Below, in pieces: positions 48,161 through 61,790 of a DNA stretch of 64,000 bases. The position numbers were made by a program, and so were the translations under genes. The notes under the pieces are model-generated. The model saw only the letters and a list, made by a program, of their open reading frames with translations, was not told the origin of the DNA and did not search any database. Location of the stretch: the NCBI GenBank assembly GCA_038087875.1, contig CM075993.1, forward strand, positions 11,658,001 to 11,722,000, given 5' to 3'. Position 1 is the first letter of the stretch, and every line of letters starts with the position of its first letter. Origin of the DNA: Malacoraja senta (Eukaryota).

Positions 48161-48939
48161 CTCCCAGCCCTGCAGCCCATTCTGTCTATACTCTGATTCA
48201 AGACTTGCGTCACTGGCCTGCTCCACTAATGTTACCAAGGCAACTGTCTCTCCATCTGTCTGCTATGCAACCTCTGGATTCTTCCCCTAACTCCATCTGC
48301 CGCTCCTCCACTGCATTTCCAGTTAAGTCCTTCTGATAAACCCAGCTTTCAGTCAATGGCTTCTTGGTTCCGTTTTCCTGTAGCTGGGTTACACACTCCC
48401 AAGTAATTTGGAATGGTTTCCATCTACCTGTTGGCACAGTACTGACCAGCTGTAACATGGGCACTCAAAGGTACTTGAAGCCTAGGACGTTGTGATTAGT
48501 AAAATGGATGTGAAATCCATGCCGCACTCCCCTCCTGTGTGCTGGAATGACTCTGGGCTCCAGCTTTGGGAGTTGGGTGAGAGAGTGACCTGCGGAGGAG
48601 AATCTCTGCACTCATTACAGATTCTTCACAGCGCGGACATCGACGGGACCCGCTAGCAACCGCTAAGAGCCAGGTGGGCTGTCGGAGAGCATTGGAGATA
48701 GTGGGGGGGGGGGGGGGGGCATCAGAGAGCAAGGAGAACTGTCTACATGCAGCGGCAGTCAGTAGATAGGACAGTTCAGTGAACTTTTGTAACTTTGTCG
48801 ACATGTGTACTACCTAGGTGAGGTGAGCTGTATGATTTTACCGGGTTGTATGCAAGACAAAGCATTTCACTTTACCTAGGCACAGGTGACAATAAAGTAT
48901 CATTGTGGGCAAGTTGTTCCCGTGCTTCATGACTCCAAT

Positions 48940-49435
48940 ATTGTCAAGCTTGGAAGGATTCAGAGAAGATTTCCGAGGATGTTGCCAGGACTAGAGGCTG
49001 TGAGCTACAGGGGAGGTTGAGTAGGCTGGGTCTCTATTCCATGGAGCGCAGGAGGATGAGGGGAGATCTTATAGAGGTATATAAAATCATGAGTGGAATA
49101 GATCGGGTAGATGCACAGAGTCTCTTGCCCAGAGTAGGGGAATCAAGGACCAGAGAACACAGGTTCAAGGTGAAGGGGAAAAGATTTAATAGGAATCTGA
49201 GGGGTAACTTTTTCACACAAAGGGTGGTGGGTGAATGGAACAAGCTGACGGAGGAGGTAGTTGAGGCAGGGACTACCCCAATATTTAAGAAACAGTTGGA
49301 CAGGTACATGGGATAGGTCAGGTTTGGAGGGATATGGGCCAAGCGCAGGCAGGTGGGACATGTTGGCCGGTGTGGGCAAGTTGGGCCGAAGGGCCTGTTT
49401 CCACAGTGTATCACTCTCTTACTCTATGAGTCTAT
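48940..49435 (+). mobile_element. CR1 LINE 3' fragment
   Basis: ORF 49017-49316. Confidence 0.9.
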
Positions 49436-52259
49436 GTGTAGCTGGTGCATGAGGTGTGTCAAGGGTTAAGGTGTTTGGGGGATATATTGAATGCAACAGC
49501 TTGTGTTTCAGGTGGAGTTTCTCCCCGTGCTCTGTGCTGTGGGAGTGATGAATGGGGAGAAGAGCGGATCGCACGGACATGCCAGACCGGCCGCTCGGAC
49601 CCTCCCAGCCGCCTGCCACTGACCGCAGCACCACGCTCCAGGGCAGTGCCAGGCTGGTACGGGCACACTGACCGCCAGGTGGACTGTCCACCCACTGCCA
49701 CCCCCCTCCCTCCTGCCCACTGCGGCTGCCCCAGGCTGCTGGCGTGGAGCGGAGAGGGGCGGGGGGCAGATGGTGGGGGAGGGAGCGGGCAGCAGGCAAA
49801 GATGCCCACACCAGCAAGGGGCATGACTGTCAATGGCTTAATGCTTCAATGGTCCTTCATTGTCACATTACATCGGTTCAATTTAATTCCTTTCTTGCAT
49901 TCAGTTCAGTAACAATCTGAAGAAGTTCTGAAGAAGTGTCCAGACCTGAAACGTCAACTATCCTTATTAAAGTTATAGAATGATACAGCATGGAAACAGG
50001 CCCTTCGGCCCAACTTTCCCACTCCAGCCAATATGTCCCATCCAATATGTCCCACCTGCCTGCGTTTGGCACATATCCCTCCAAACCTGCCCTATCCATG
50101 TACCTGTCCAACTGTTTCTTAAATGTCAGGATAGTCCCAGCATCAACTACCTCCTCTGGCAGCTCGTTCCCTACACCCATCACCCTTTGTGTGCCAAAGA
50201 TCTTCTCCAGAGATGCTGCCTGATCGGCTGGTTTCCAGGAACATTGTGCCTATCTTTGGTATAAACCAGCATCTGTAGTTCTGTTATTTCTACAGTAAAA
50301 CATCTGACAATGCCTGAGGTGCAATTATACTTGAGCATGAGTGTGGGAAGAGTAGATGACACTGAATCAGTTCACAAGAGTTGCCACGTTTCCAGAGCCA
50401 TCTTGTACCCCTCAATTATAAAGTTGCTAAGTATGTTGAGTCTTCACCTGCCGTTGTCCTGGTGGTGGCAGTGGGTGGAAGTTGCAGGGTTCGGCCTGGT
50501 CTGGTGATGTCCTCCCCTTCAGCTCCATGCTGCTGCATTCTGCGTCCGATCCCTGCCTACGGATCATCGCCTGGGAGGTCCAGATACAACGTCCAGCATG
50601 GTCCTGCCTCTTGTCTGACTAGATTCACCCAGAGAGTTGTGAATAGACAATAGGAGCAGGAGTAGGCCATTTGGCCCTTCCAGCATTTCACTGTGATCAT
50701 AGCTGATCATCCACAATCAGTACCCCGTTCCTGCCTTCTCCACATATCCCCTGACTCCGCTATCTTTAAGAGCCCTATCTAACTCTCTCTTGAAAGCATC
50801 CAGAGAATTGGCCTCCACTGCCTTCTGAGGCAGGGAATTCCACAGATTCACAACTCTCTGGGTGAAAAGGTTTTTCCTCATCTCCGTTCGAAATGGCCTA
50901 CCCTTTTTTCTTAAACGGTGGCCCCTGTTTCTGGACTACCCCAACATCGGGAACATGTACTAATCAAAAGGGCCTGTGTCCATGCAATATCACTCTACGA
51001 CTCTAGAACTATAATTCTATCCTCCCTCTCCTTGTAGCTGAAACCCTCTAACCCAGGCAGCAGCATTATGGTAAACCTCTGCACCTTGGCCCAACTTGTC
51101 CGCACCGGCCAACATGTCCCATGGATTATTTTCTCTGAAACATTGGAGGTTGAGGGGAAACTAGATGGAAGTATATAAAGTTAAGCGAGGCATGGGACAG
51201 TAAGAGAGAAGTCCAATTGCATCACCTCTACTGGTTCTCCCTTATCCATTTTACAAGTTTAAGAAACAGTTAGACAGGTGCATGGATAGGACAGGTTTGG
51301 AGGGATATGGACCAAACGCGTGCAGGTGGGACTAATGTAGCTGGGACATGCTGGCCAGAGTGGGCAAGTTGGGCCGAAGGGCCTGTTTCCACGCTGTATG
51401 ACTCTAAGACATTGAACATGGAACAGTACAGCAAGGAACGGGCCCTTCGGCCCACAATGTTTATGCCGAACATGATGCCAAGTTAAACTGATCTCATCTG
51501 CCTGTACATGATCCATATCCCTTAATTCCCTGCATTTCCATGTGCCTATCGACAAGCCTCTTAAATGCCACCATTGTATCGGTCGCCACCACCACCTTTG
51601 GTAATCCATTTCAGGACCCCATTATTCCTTCTGTAAAAAACCTGCCCCCCAGGTCTCCCTTAAACGCCCCCCTCTCACCGTTTAGTTACGCCCTCTAGTG
51701 TTGGATATTTCCACCCTGGGGGAAGGGCTCTGACGTTCATGCGTTGTTCTATTCAATGTTCCATGTAAACACGTAGAATGGACAAGCGGGAACCAGTAGA
51801 TGTGATGCAATCAGACTTCTGTCTTACTGGATCTAACTGAACTTCGACCGCCTCGACTGCAGATGGTTCGACTGCCCCAACGCACGGGAGAAACGGAGGG
51901 AAGAATACGTTATTGCCTTCCATCACGTTGCGCTGTGGTGGATGTTTATGTTGATTTTTATGTAATCGTGTGTCTTATCTTGCTGCGTGGCAAATCAAAT
52001 TCCTTGTATGTTTTTACGTACTTGGCTAGAAAAATAATTACAATACAATACAATTATAATACACCTCGTAATTTTATATACTTCTATCATGTCTCCCCTC
52101 AACCTCCAACATTTCAGAGAAAACAATCCAAGTCTATCCAACCTCTCCTTGGAGCTGAACCACTCGAACCTAGGCAGCATTCTGGTAAACCTCCTCTGCA
52201 CCTTAAACAGTGTGTGGGCAGTCAGATTAGTGGACTTTGTATTGGGTCAGGTCAGGTGA

Positions 52260-52900
52260 CAGTTTAGTTTATTGTCACGTGTAACGAGGTTTAGTTGCGT
52301 GCTATCCAGTCGGCAGAAAGACAATACATGATTACAAATTTCAATGTATTGATACATGACAAGGGAATAACATTTAGTGCAAGGTAAAGCCAGCAAAGTC
52401 CGATCAAGTATAGTCCGAGGGTCACCAAAGAGGTAGATAGTAGTTCAGGACTGCCCTCTGTTTGTGGTAGGATGATTTAGTTGCCTGATAACAGCTGGGA
52501 AGAAACTGTCCCTGAATCTGGAGGTGCGAGTTTTCACACTTCTATACCTTCTGCCTGATGGGAGAGGGGAGAAGATGGAGTGGTCAGGGTGCGACTGGTC
52601 CTTGATTATGCTGCTGGCCTTGCTGAGGCAGCGTGAGGTGTAAATGGAGTTAATGGAAGGGAGGTTGGTTTGTGTGATGGTCTGGGCTGCGTCCGCAATT
52701 CGCTGATGTTTGTGCCGTCTTGGATGGAGCTGTTCTGATACAGAGTATAGAAGGGGGCTGAGAACGCCTCTTTGTGGGGTACCAGTGATGGTGATTATCA
52801 TGGAGGATATTATGTTGCCTCTTCTCATTGAGATAGGTTGCAGTGTATGACTCAGGAAGTCAATGGTCCAGTTGCAGAGTGAGGTTCCAGGATTTGGGAG
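52260..52900 (-). mobile_element. Rex1/Babar-like LINE fragment with internal deletion
   Basis: ORF 52445-52828(-): TGTPQRGVLSPLLYS...DQSHPDHSIFSPLPSGRRYRS...FRDSFFP. Confidence 0.85.
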
Positions 52901-52959
52901 ATTGGTTTGGTTTGAATTATGTTGATGAAAACAGAGCTACAATCAATAAATAGGAGTCA

Positions 52960-54610
52960 TAGACTTATAGAGTCATTGAGCCATACAACATGAGGCAGGC
53001 CCTTCAGCCCAACTTGTCCATGCTGGACATGAAGCCCCATCTACACTAGTCCCACCTGCTCATCTTTGGCCCAAGTCTCTCTGAACCTTTCCTATCCATG
53101 TACCTTTCCAAATGTCTTTTAAAAGTTGTTATAGTACCAGCCTCAACTACCTCCTTTGGAAGCTCGTTCCATACACCCACTATGTGAAAAAGTTGCCCCT
53201 CAGATTCCGATTAAATCTTCCCCCCTTCACCTTAAAACCCATGTCCCCTGGATTCTGATTCCCCTACTCTGGGCAAGAGTGTGCATTCAACCTATCTATA
53301 CATTATCATATACACCTCTATAAGATCAACCAGCATCGTCCTGCACTCCAAGGAATAAAGTCCTAGCCTGCTCAATCGCTCCCTATAGCTCTGGCCCTCA
53401 AGTCCTGGCAACATCCTTGTAAATCTTCTCTTCCAGCTTAGCGACATCCTTCCTATAGCAGGGTGACCAAGGTAAAGTTAATACTCCAAATGCAGCCTCA
53501 CACATGTCTTGTGCAACTGAAACATAACATCTCAACCTCTGTACTCAATAGACTGATGAATGGCGATGTATCGAAAGCCTTCTTGACCACCCTATCCGCA
53601 TGTGATGTCACTTTCAGTGAACTATGTACCTGCTCTGCTAGATCCATTTGCTCTACAACACTCCCCAGAGCCCTGCCATTCACTTTGAAGGTCCTGTCCT
53701 GGTTTGACTACCCCAGGGTCTCAACCCGAAACGTCACCCATTCCTTCCCTCCAGATATGCTGACTGTCCCGCTGAGTTACTCCAGCATTTTGTGTCTTTC
53801 TTTGGTGTATTTTTAAACCAGCATCTGCAGTTCCTTCTGACACACCTCACACTTATCTGCATTAAACTCCATCGACCATTCCTCAGCCCACTTGCCCAAC
53901 TGACCAGGATCTTAGAAACATAGACAATAGGTGCAGGAGGAGGCCATTTAGCCCTTTGAGCCAGCACCGCCATTCATTGTGATCATGGCTGATCATCCCC
54001 TATCAGTAACCGGGGGCTACCTTCTCCCCATACCCTTTGATTCCGCTAGCCCCTAGAGCTCTATCTAACTCTCTTTTAGATTCATCCAGTGAATTGGCCT
54101 CGACTGCCTTCCTGTGGCAGAGAATTCCACAAATTCACAACTATCTGGGTGAAAGGTTTTTTCACATCTCAGTTTTAAATGGCCTCCTCTTCATTCTTAG
54201 ACTGTGACCCCTGGTTCTGAACTCCTGCATCAATGGGAACATTTTTCCTGCATCTAGCTTGTCCAGTCCTTTTATAATGTTATGCTGCTGTAATTTTTGA
54301 TAACCATCTTCACTATCTACAAATACCACCCACCTTAGTGTCATCAGCAAGCTTACTAATCACGCCATCTACATTCTCATCCAAATGGTGGATGTAAACC
54401 ACAAACAGTAATGGGCCCAGCACTGATCCTTGAGGCACACCACTAGTCACAGGCCTCCAGTCTGAGAAACAACCTTCCCCCATCACACTTTGCTTCCTTC
54501 CATGAAGCCAATTCTCTATCCAGTCTGCTAGCTCTCACTGCATCCCATTTGATCTAACCTTCCGGAACAGCCGACCATGTGGAACGTTATCAAAGCCTTG
54601 CTGAAGACCA
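52960..54610 (-). mobile_element. Degenerate CR1 LINE with nested Penelope-end (about 53715-53843) and CR1 (about 53915-54280) pieces
   Basis: Minus-strand CR1 RT remnants (HSSLKVTSHADRVVKKAF; ADDT-like near 54340). Confidence 0.75.
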
Positions 54611-54623
54611 GCATGCTGAGCAC

Positions 54624-54922
54624 CAGGTAGTGCAGCGGTAGAGTTACTGCCTTACAGCACCAGTGACCCAGGTTCGATCCCGGCTACGGGTGCTGTCTGT
54701 ACGGAGTTTGCACGTTCTTCCCGTGACCTGCGTGGGTTTTCTCCGGGTGCTTCGGTTTCCTCCCACACTCCAAAGACGTGCAGGTTTGTAGGTTCATTGT
54801 CCGGTAAAAATTATAAATTGTCCCTAGTTTGTGTAGGATGGTGTTAGTGTGCGGGGATCGCTGGTCGGCACGGACTCAGTGGGCCGAAGGGCCTGTTTCC
54901 GCACTGTATCTGTAAACTAAAC
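54624..54922 (+). mobile_element. HE1-type SINE
   Basis: Matches the other copies. Confidence 0.88.
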
Positions 54923-55426
54923 CATATAGACAACCCAGATGTTCCAGGGTGTAGTGTGGAGCCAGGGTGATGGGGCTACTGTGGACATGCTGCATTGCAA
55001 TCCTCTACTGTATGTTAACCTGCTCTCATTGCTCTGGCCCCACTCCTTTTTCTGGCAATATTTCATCTCTACTTTTTGCATTTAATGCAACGTTTAATTT
55101 CCTTCGTAAGCCACGGTTGAGTTCACTTTCCTGATTTAATTTCCTGCCAGATGGGCCTGAATAATTTTTGCTCATGAGCAGAGTCTCATTTCAAGACTGT
55201 TCAAAGTGATTTAAAATGAGGATATGCGATAAGGAGCCATAATTATAGACCATGGAATCTTAGAGCGCAGAAACGGGCCCTTCGGCCCACCATGTCCATG
55301 CCGTCTACACTAATCCCATTTACCTGCATCGGTAGAGTGTCCTTTCAAGCCTTGCCTGTTTAAGTGTCCTGTCCTTTCTGGAGGAACAACTAGCCAGCGC
55401 TTGCCAGCTGAATTATATTCCAGTTT

Positions 55427-55670
55427 AGGGCAGCACGGTGGCGCAGCGGTAGAGTTGCTGTTTGCTGCACGTACAGCGCCAGAGGTCTAGGTTCGATCCT
55501 GGCTAATGGGTGCTTGTCTGTTCTCCCCGTGACCTGCGTGGGTTTTCTCCGAGAACTTCAGTTTCCTCCCACACCCCAAAGACGTACAGGTGTGTAGGTT
55601 AATTGAGTTGGCATGAATGTAAATTGTCCCCAGTGTGTAGTAGTGTTAATGTGCGGGGATCGCTGGTCCT
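55427..55670 (+). mobile_element. HE1-type SINE
   Basis: Matches the other copies. Confidence 0.82.
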
Positions 55671-55679
55671 ACTATAGTT

Positions 55680-56235
55680 GTCCTACTGCAGTTGTACAGG
55701 GCCCTGGTGAGACCACACCTGGAGTATTGTGTGCAGTTTTGGTCCCCTAATTTGAAGAAGGACATTCTTGCTATTGAGGGAGTGCAGCGTAGGTTCACCA
55801 TTTAATTCCTGGGATGGCGGGACTGAAATATGATGAAAGAATGGATCGACTGGGCCTATACCCACTGGAATTTAGAAGGATGAGAGGGCATCTTATAGAA
55901 ACATATACAATTCTTGAGCAGTTGGACAAGCTAGATGCAGGAAAAACGTTCCCGATGGTGGGGGAATCCAGAACTAGGGGTCACAGTTTAACACTAAGGT
56001 GTAGGCCAGTTAGAACTGAGATGAGGACAAACTTTTTCACCCAGAGAGTTGTGAATCTGTGGAATTCTCTGCCACAGAAGGCAGTGGAGACCGATTCACT
56101 GGATGTTTTCAAGAGAGAGTTAGATTTAGCTCTGAGGGCTAAAGGGATATGGGGAAAAAGCAGGAACGGGGTACTGATTCTGGATGATCAGCCATGATCA
56201 TAGTAAATGGTGGTGCTGGCTGGAAGGGCCGAACG
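55680..56235 (+). mobile_element. CR1 LINE 3' fragment
   Basis: ORF 55814-56197. Confidence 0.9.
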
Positions 56236-56414
56236 ACTTACAGGAAGGAACTTTCAACATCCTTCCTGTAATGGGGTGACCACACATTATTGAACAGGTT
56301 GCCACCTGATTCACATGGTGCAGCTGTAAGAGAGGTTCAGCAGCAACTAATAACATTCATTACTCCGTGACCAGTGGCACTTTAGCACCAAGCAAACTAA
56401 ACTGGTGAGACTTT

Positions 56415-57100
56415 ATGTGTAGGAAGGAACTGTAGATGCTGGTACAAACCACAGATAGACACAAAAACTGGAGTAACTCAGCGGGACAGGCAGCATCTCT
56501 GGAGAAAAGGAACAGGTGAAGGTTTGGGTCGAGACCCTTCTTCAGACTGAGAGTCAGGGGAGAGGGAAACGAGGGATATAGACGGTGATGGAGAGAGACA
56601 TAGAACAGCATGGTGGTGCAGCGGTAGAGTTGCTGCCTTACAGAACTTGCAGCGCTGCGGACCCAGGTTCGATCCTGACTTCGAGTGCTGCCTGTACGGA
56701 GTTTGTACGTTCTCCCTGTGACCATGTGGGTTTTCTCCAAGATCTTTGGTTCACTCCCACACTCCAAAGACGTCCAGGTTTGTAGGCTAACTGGCTAGGT
56801 ATAAATGTAAATTGTCCCTAGTGTGTGTAGGACAGTGTTAATGTGCGGGGATCGCTGGTCAGTGCGGACTCGGTGGGCCGAAGGGCCTGTTTCCGTGCTG
56901 TATCTCTAAACTAAACTAAACTAAATGAAAATCGTAACGATAATAAAGGGAACTGGCCATTGTTAGTTGTAACCTAGGTGAAAACGAGTTAGAGACGCTC
57001 AACAAGATGGCTTTGAAGCTAGTACAACGACTTGGGTGGGAGAGGGACAGAGAGAGGGGATGCGAGGGTTACATGAAGATGGGGTAGTCAGTATTGATAC
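56415..57100 (-). mobile_element. Penelope 3' region (subfamily B) interrupted by an HE1 SINE (56608-56925, +)
   Basis: Homologous to 4910-5210 on both sides of the SINE. Confidence 0.72.
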
Positions 57101-57679
57101 TGAATTAATATTGACTGGATTATTTCAGGTAATAAAAGTAGATGTAGCTAGTTGTCAAGGTACTTTTTAAGGTAACAAGATAAATGATAATTTTTTTTAA
57201 AGTCACTTTCATATAATTTGGTGCCGCCCAGCAGCGCAGCTGGTAGTGCTGATACCCCATGTCTCCAGTGACCGAGGTTCAATCCTGACCTCAGGTGCTG
57301 TCTGTGTGGAGTTTGCACGTTCTCCCTGTTACTGCCCAAGTTTCCTATCGACTCTCCGGCGTCCTCCCACATCCCACAGACGTGCGGGTTTGTTGGCCTC
57401 TGTGAATTGTCCCAAATGTGAGGTCGAAAATGGGGAGAATTTGGTGGGAATGTGGGGGAGAATAAAATTAGATTAATTCGGAAGAAGGGTCTCGATCTGA
57501 AATGTCACCCATGTCTTTTACCCAGAGATGCTGCCTGTCCCACTGAGTTACTCCAGCACTGTGCATCTGTTATTTGATGATTAATGTATATGGGTGTTAG
57601 ATGTTGGCATGTACTCGAGGGGACTGTTCCCATGCTGTTTGACTCCCATAATCTCCCCCCTTGCCTCTCAAGAACCTGC

Positions 57680-58140
57680 CATACGATACAAAGCGATACG
57701 ATACAGTAGAACTTTATTCATCCCCGGAGGGATATTGATCTGTCAACAGTCACAACACACAACAAGATACAAGAAAACTTGAAATTAAAATTAAATGAAA
57801 AGAGAAAAAAGACAAGCGATTGTTGGTTGGCTGTCGTGTACACAGCGCCTTAGCCAGAAGGAACGAACAACCAAACAAACAAATGCAGGCTTATTCCCTC
57901 ACGCCGGGTCCCCACCCCGGGTCCCCATTGCCTTCCCCTCCCCACTTCACACTCATCGACTGCTGATCATTAGGCCCCACCGCCACCAAGGTTCCCGCTG
58001 CCGCCGAGGTCCCACCGCCTACAAGGTTCCTGCTGCCGCCAAGGCTCCACCACTGTCGAGGCTCCCATCGCCGCCGCCGCTGAGGCTCCTTCAGCCCAGA
58101 CAGGCCTCACCACCCGGCTTCTGCGCAATCCCCTGGGAGT
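57680..58140 (-). mobile_element. Non-autonomous retroposon related to 47200-47785
   Basis: Shared 3' region; hairpin followed by GAATAAAG; (TATCG)n tail. Confidence 0.7.
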
Positions 58141-58327
58141 CCTGTGGGGCGAGTCAGCGGCACGGTTACTCAGGGGGTGAGATGGATCGCCATAAATCCC
58201 TTGAGATTTATTCACCTCAATGTTCTTCAAGAGCCCCAACATCATCTCCTTCCTGATCCTAAACTGCCCTTGCATATTCCTATTCTCTACACTGATCTCA
58301 CTGTCCTCATGTCCTTGGTGAAACAGA

Positions 58328-58620
58328 TAGTTTAGTTTAGTTCAGAGATACAGCGCAGAAACAGGCCCTTCGGCCCACCGAGTCCGCACAGCGATCCCCG
58401 CACACTAACACTATTCCACACACACTAGGGACAATTTACATTTATACCAAGCCAATTAACCTACAAACCTGTACGTCTTTGGTGTGTGGGAGGAAACAGA
58501 AGATCTTGGAGTCACAGGGGGAACGTACAAACTTTGTACAAACAACACCTGTAGTCAGGAATGAACACTGGTCTCTGGTGCTGTGAGGCAGCAACTCTAC
58601 CGCTGTGCCACTGTGCTGCC
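58328..58620 (-). mobile_element. HE1-type SINE
   Basis: Matches the other copies. Confidence 0.88.
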
Positions 58621-59499
58621 ATGCATGCAAAGTATTTGTTTAGTACCTCGCCTACATCCTGCATCCTGACTCCAAGGATAAACTCCCTCCTTTATCCTTG
58701 AACGGTTCTGTCTTCACCCTGGTCACCCTCAGAAAAAGCAATGGGATTCTCTTTAATTTGACTGGCCTGTGACTCTATGGCCCTTTGGCCCTTCTAATCA
58801 CCCTCTTGAGTTCTTGGGTTTTAGTTATGAGATACATAGTCATACTTGTGGCTAAAGGGATCAGGGGGTATGGAGAGAAAGCAGGTACAGGATACCGAGT
58901 TGGATGATCAGCTATGATCATATTGAATGGCGGTGCAGGATCGAAGGGCCGAATGGCCTACTCCTGCACCTATTTTCTATGTTTCTATGTTTCTATACAG
59001 CTCAGAAACAGGCCTCTCGGCCCAACCTGCCCACACCGACCAAGATGCCCCATCTACACTAGTCCCACCTGGCCACATTTGGCCAATATCCTTCTAAACC
59101 TGTCCTATCCATGTACCTGTCCAAATGCATTTCAAATGTTGTTTTAGTACCTGCCTCAACTACCTCCTCTCGCAGCTCGTTCCTTACACACACCACCATC
59201 CGTGGGGAAAAAGTTGCTGCTTAGCTGATCCTGAACTCTGATCAGCTGGTCTTTCAACTTTTAGACTTTAGAGATTTTAGAGATACAGCTCTGAAGCAGG
59301 CCCTTCGGCCCAGCGATTCCATCCTGAGATTCTCGATCCCTTTCCTGCACCTCCCTGTAGGTGTCGCACATCCCAATGGAATCGACCCCTCCTGCCCCAG
59401 TACTCCAGCCAGTCTCCCATGAATCACATCCCAGTTCTCCTACACATTCATCTTTCTAATCCTCATTATCCTTTGCCAAGTTGCACGTAGCTCAGGTAA

Positions 59500-59713
59500 T
59501 ATGTGTAAGAAAGAACTGCAGATGTTGGTTAAAATCGAAGGTAGACAAAATGCTGGAGTAACTCAGCAGGTGAGGCAGCATCTCTGGAGGGAAGGAATGG
59601 GTGACGTTTCGGGTCAAGACCCTTCTTCAGACTCGATCCGAAACATCGCCCATTCCTTCCCTCCAGAGATGCTGCCTGTCCCGCTGAGTTACTCCAGCAT
59701 TTTGTGTCTACCT
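59500..59713. mobile_element. Inverted pair of Penelope ends
   Basis: 59540-59612 is the near reverse complement of 59638-59713. Confidence 0.85.
59599..59632 (-). ncRNA. Minimal type I hammerhead ribozyme motif, core intact (GUC)
   Basis: Reverse complement GT-CTGAAGA-A-GGGT CTTG ACCC-GAAAC-GTC-ACCC. Confidence 0.72.
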
Positions 59714-60053
59714 GGCTCAGGTAATAATTGTTATTCTGCTTTTCAATTTTGTCCTCAGCTCCTCATAATCCCTCAGCAGAACCTCCCTCCTAGTGCGATT
59801 GGGCCTTGGGCCGTGCATCGGAAAAGCATCTAGAATTTAACGTTTGTGACCCATGTCTGGTGTCTACCTGAAATTTGGCACAGATTTAGATCAAATATAA
59901 TTAACTCGTCAGTGCCAAAAGTTGCACACTAATTAATTAAGATAATTAGAAAATGTATTAGAAAATAACACCGCCCTCTTGTGCTCAATAATAGGCAGCT
60001 TAATATTACTATCGGGAGCTGGATTCCGAGCTGCGGGCTATTTCTGGCTCAGG

Positions 60054-60054
60054 G

Positions 60055-60086
<32 letters not shown>

Positions 60087-60101
60087 AGAGAGAGAGAGAG
60101 A
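60054..60101 (+). repeat. (GA)n microsatellite
   Basis: Directly visible. Confidence 0.95.
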
Positions 60102-61079
60102 AGCCAGCCTTCCGTCCAATAGCTACCCGCCAACCACCACCTCCACCGGTTGCGCCTGTGCCGAAGGACACCGTGGCTGGCGGGCGGGCCGGCCGGCAGA
60201 AGGCGCTGAGGTGGCGGCCGGTTCTGTTGTCCGGTCCCGGCGGCCGCTCGCAGCCACCCGAGCTACTTCCCTCCCCGGCCACAATGCGGTGGCTCCGCGC
60301 CCGGAATGCCGGGGCAGCGGTGAGTGAGTGAGTTGCTGGCATGATCCCCGACCCACTCCTTCTCAACGCTCCTGCCCTCCCCGCAACTTTACCCCTGGCG
60401 GCCCAGCCAAGTTTGCTACTTTGTGCAGCCCAGGCTGTGCTGACCCAGGCCAGACTCCCCACACGCTGTGGAAAGGAACTCTCCACCAACTCGTTGGAAA
60501 GTTTCTTCTGCATGTTGTTGAAGTACGACCAAGATGTGTTTTGTTCTTTGATGTGGGATTGGCACGTTTCTTGATTGTCATCAACCGTAAATGCACAGCA
60601 GATGGTTAAGAATTAAGTTGATAATAAAAATAATTTGACATCTAGTTCCAGACTCAACAGCTAATGGAAGTTTATAAACCCAGTAACACGTAATTTGATT
60701 TATTAGAATAAATGTTGTAATAAACAGTAAAAGTAGACTGTATATAATCATTTATTTTCCCAATCTTTTGGTTTAGATTTCATAAATGGGTATGTCATGA
60801 ATGGCTAGTTCACAAACAGAAACAGTGCGTTAATATTTGTTTATATCAGTACATGCGATGTACCAAAGAAAACACTACAATCTCACAATAATAATCACAT
60901 CTTTGGAGTGTGGGAGAAAACCAGGAGAAAATCCACGCTTGGTGGAGTACAATTAGCAACAATGGTGCTGAAGTGGGAATAGTTGCCATCTTCCATGGTG
61001 TTAATATTGCCAAAAATTTGGAGACCATTGTTACTTCAGTACAGTTGGGTTTTACTCCCTTTCAAACGTATGCATGGAA

Positions 61080-61445
61080 TGGAATGCTATTTATTGTCAT
61101 TCAAACCTAGGTTTGAACAAAATTTCATTTACTACAGTTTTTTACATTACAAAAAAAAACCAAGACCCACACTTAACACAGTTTACATAAACATCCATCA
61201 CAGTGAATCTCCAACACCTCCTCACTGTGATGGAAGGCAAAGTCTTATCTCTTCCCTTTGTTCTTCATCCGCGGTCCGCCAGTCCAACTGCAGCGTCTAG
61301 GCGAACTGGGGCTCCGATGTTAAAGCCCCCGGCGGACGATGGTACGTCCTGTGTCCAGTTAGTCGCGCCGGGCGATGTTAGGCCCCGGCTCCGTGTCCTT
61401 TAAACCCCGCGGTTCAAGCGGGAGAAGTTGCCGTTGTGGGAGCTA
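61080..61445 (-). mobile_element. 5'-truncated GC-rich retroposon, divergent
   Basis: Both 3' hairpins and TGACAATAAA present on the minus strand. Confidence 0.7.
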
Positions 61446-61790
61446 CGATAATCATGTGAGGTTATTTGTATGATTCTTTTGACAGGTAAAACTTGCACGA
61501 ACCATCCTCTCAGCCATAATCCCAGTGTGCTCGCTGCCTAGCTAGCCTGAAACAAAGCACGTGGTTGATCAATAGGCGTCCGACTCAATGTCAAACGTGC
61601 TTTGATTGGACAATTACTACTCGGAAAATTTGAGTTTTTTCCATATTTTAAAAATATGTGCAGGTTTTTTTCTTGACGAGTTTCAGATATGATTTCTATA
61701 ATATTTTTACACAATATGTTATAAATACAGGTATGAAAACCGGGTCACAAAATGAAACGAAAGAGCACCTCGGCCCACGGTCTATACCTA

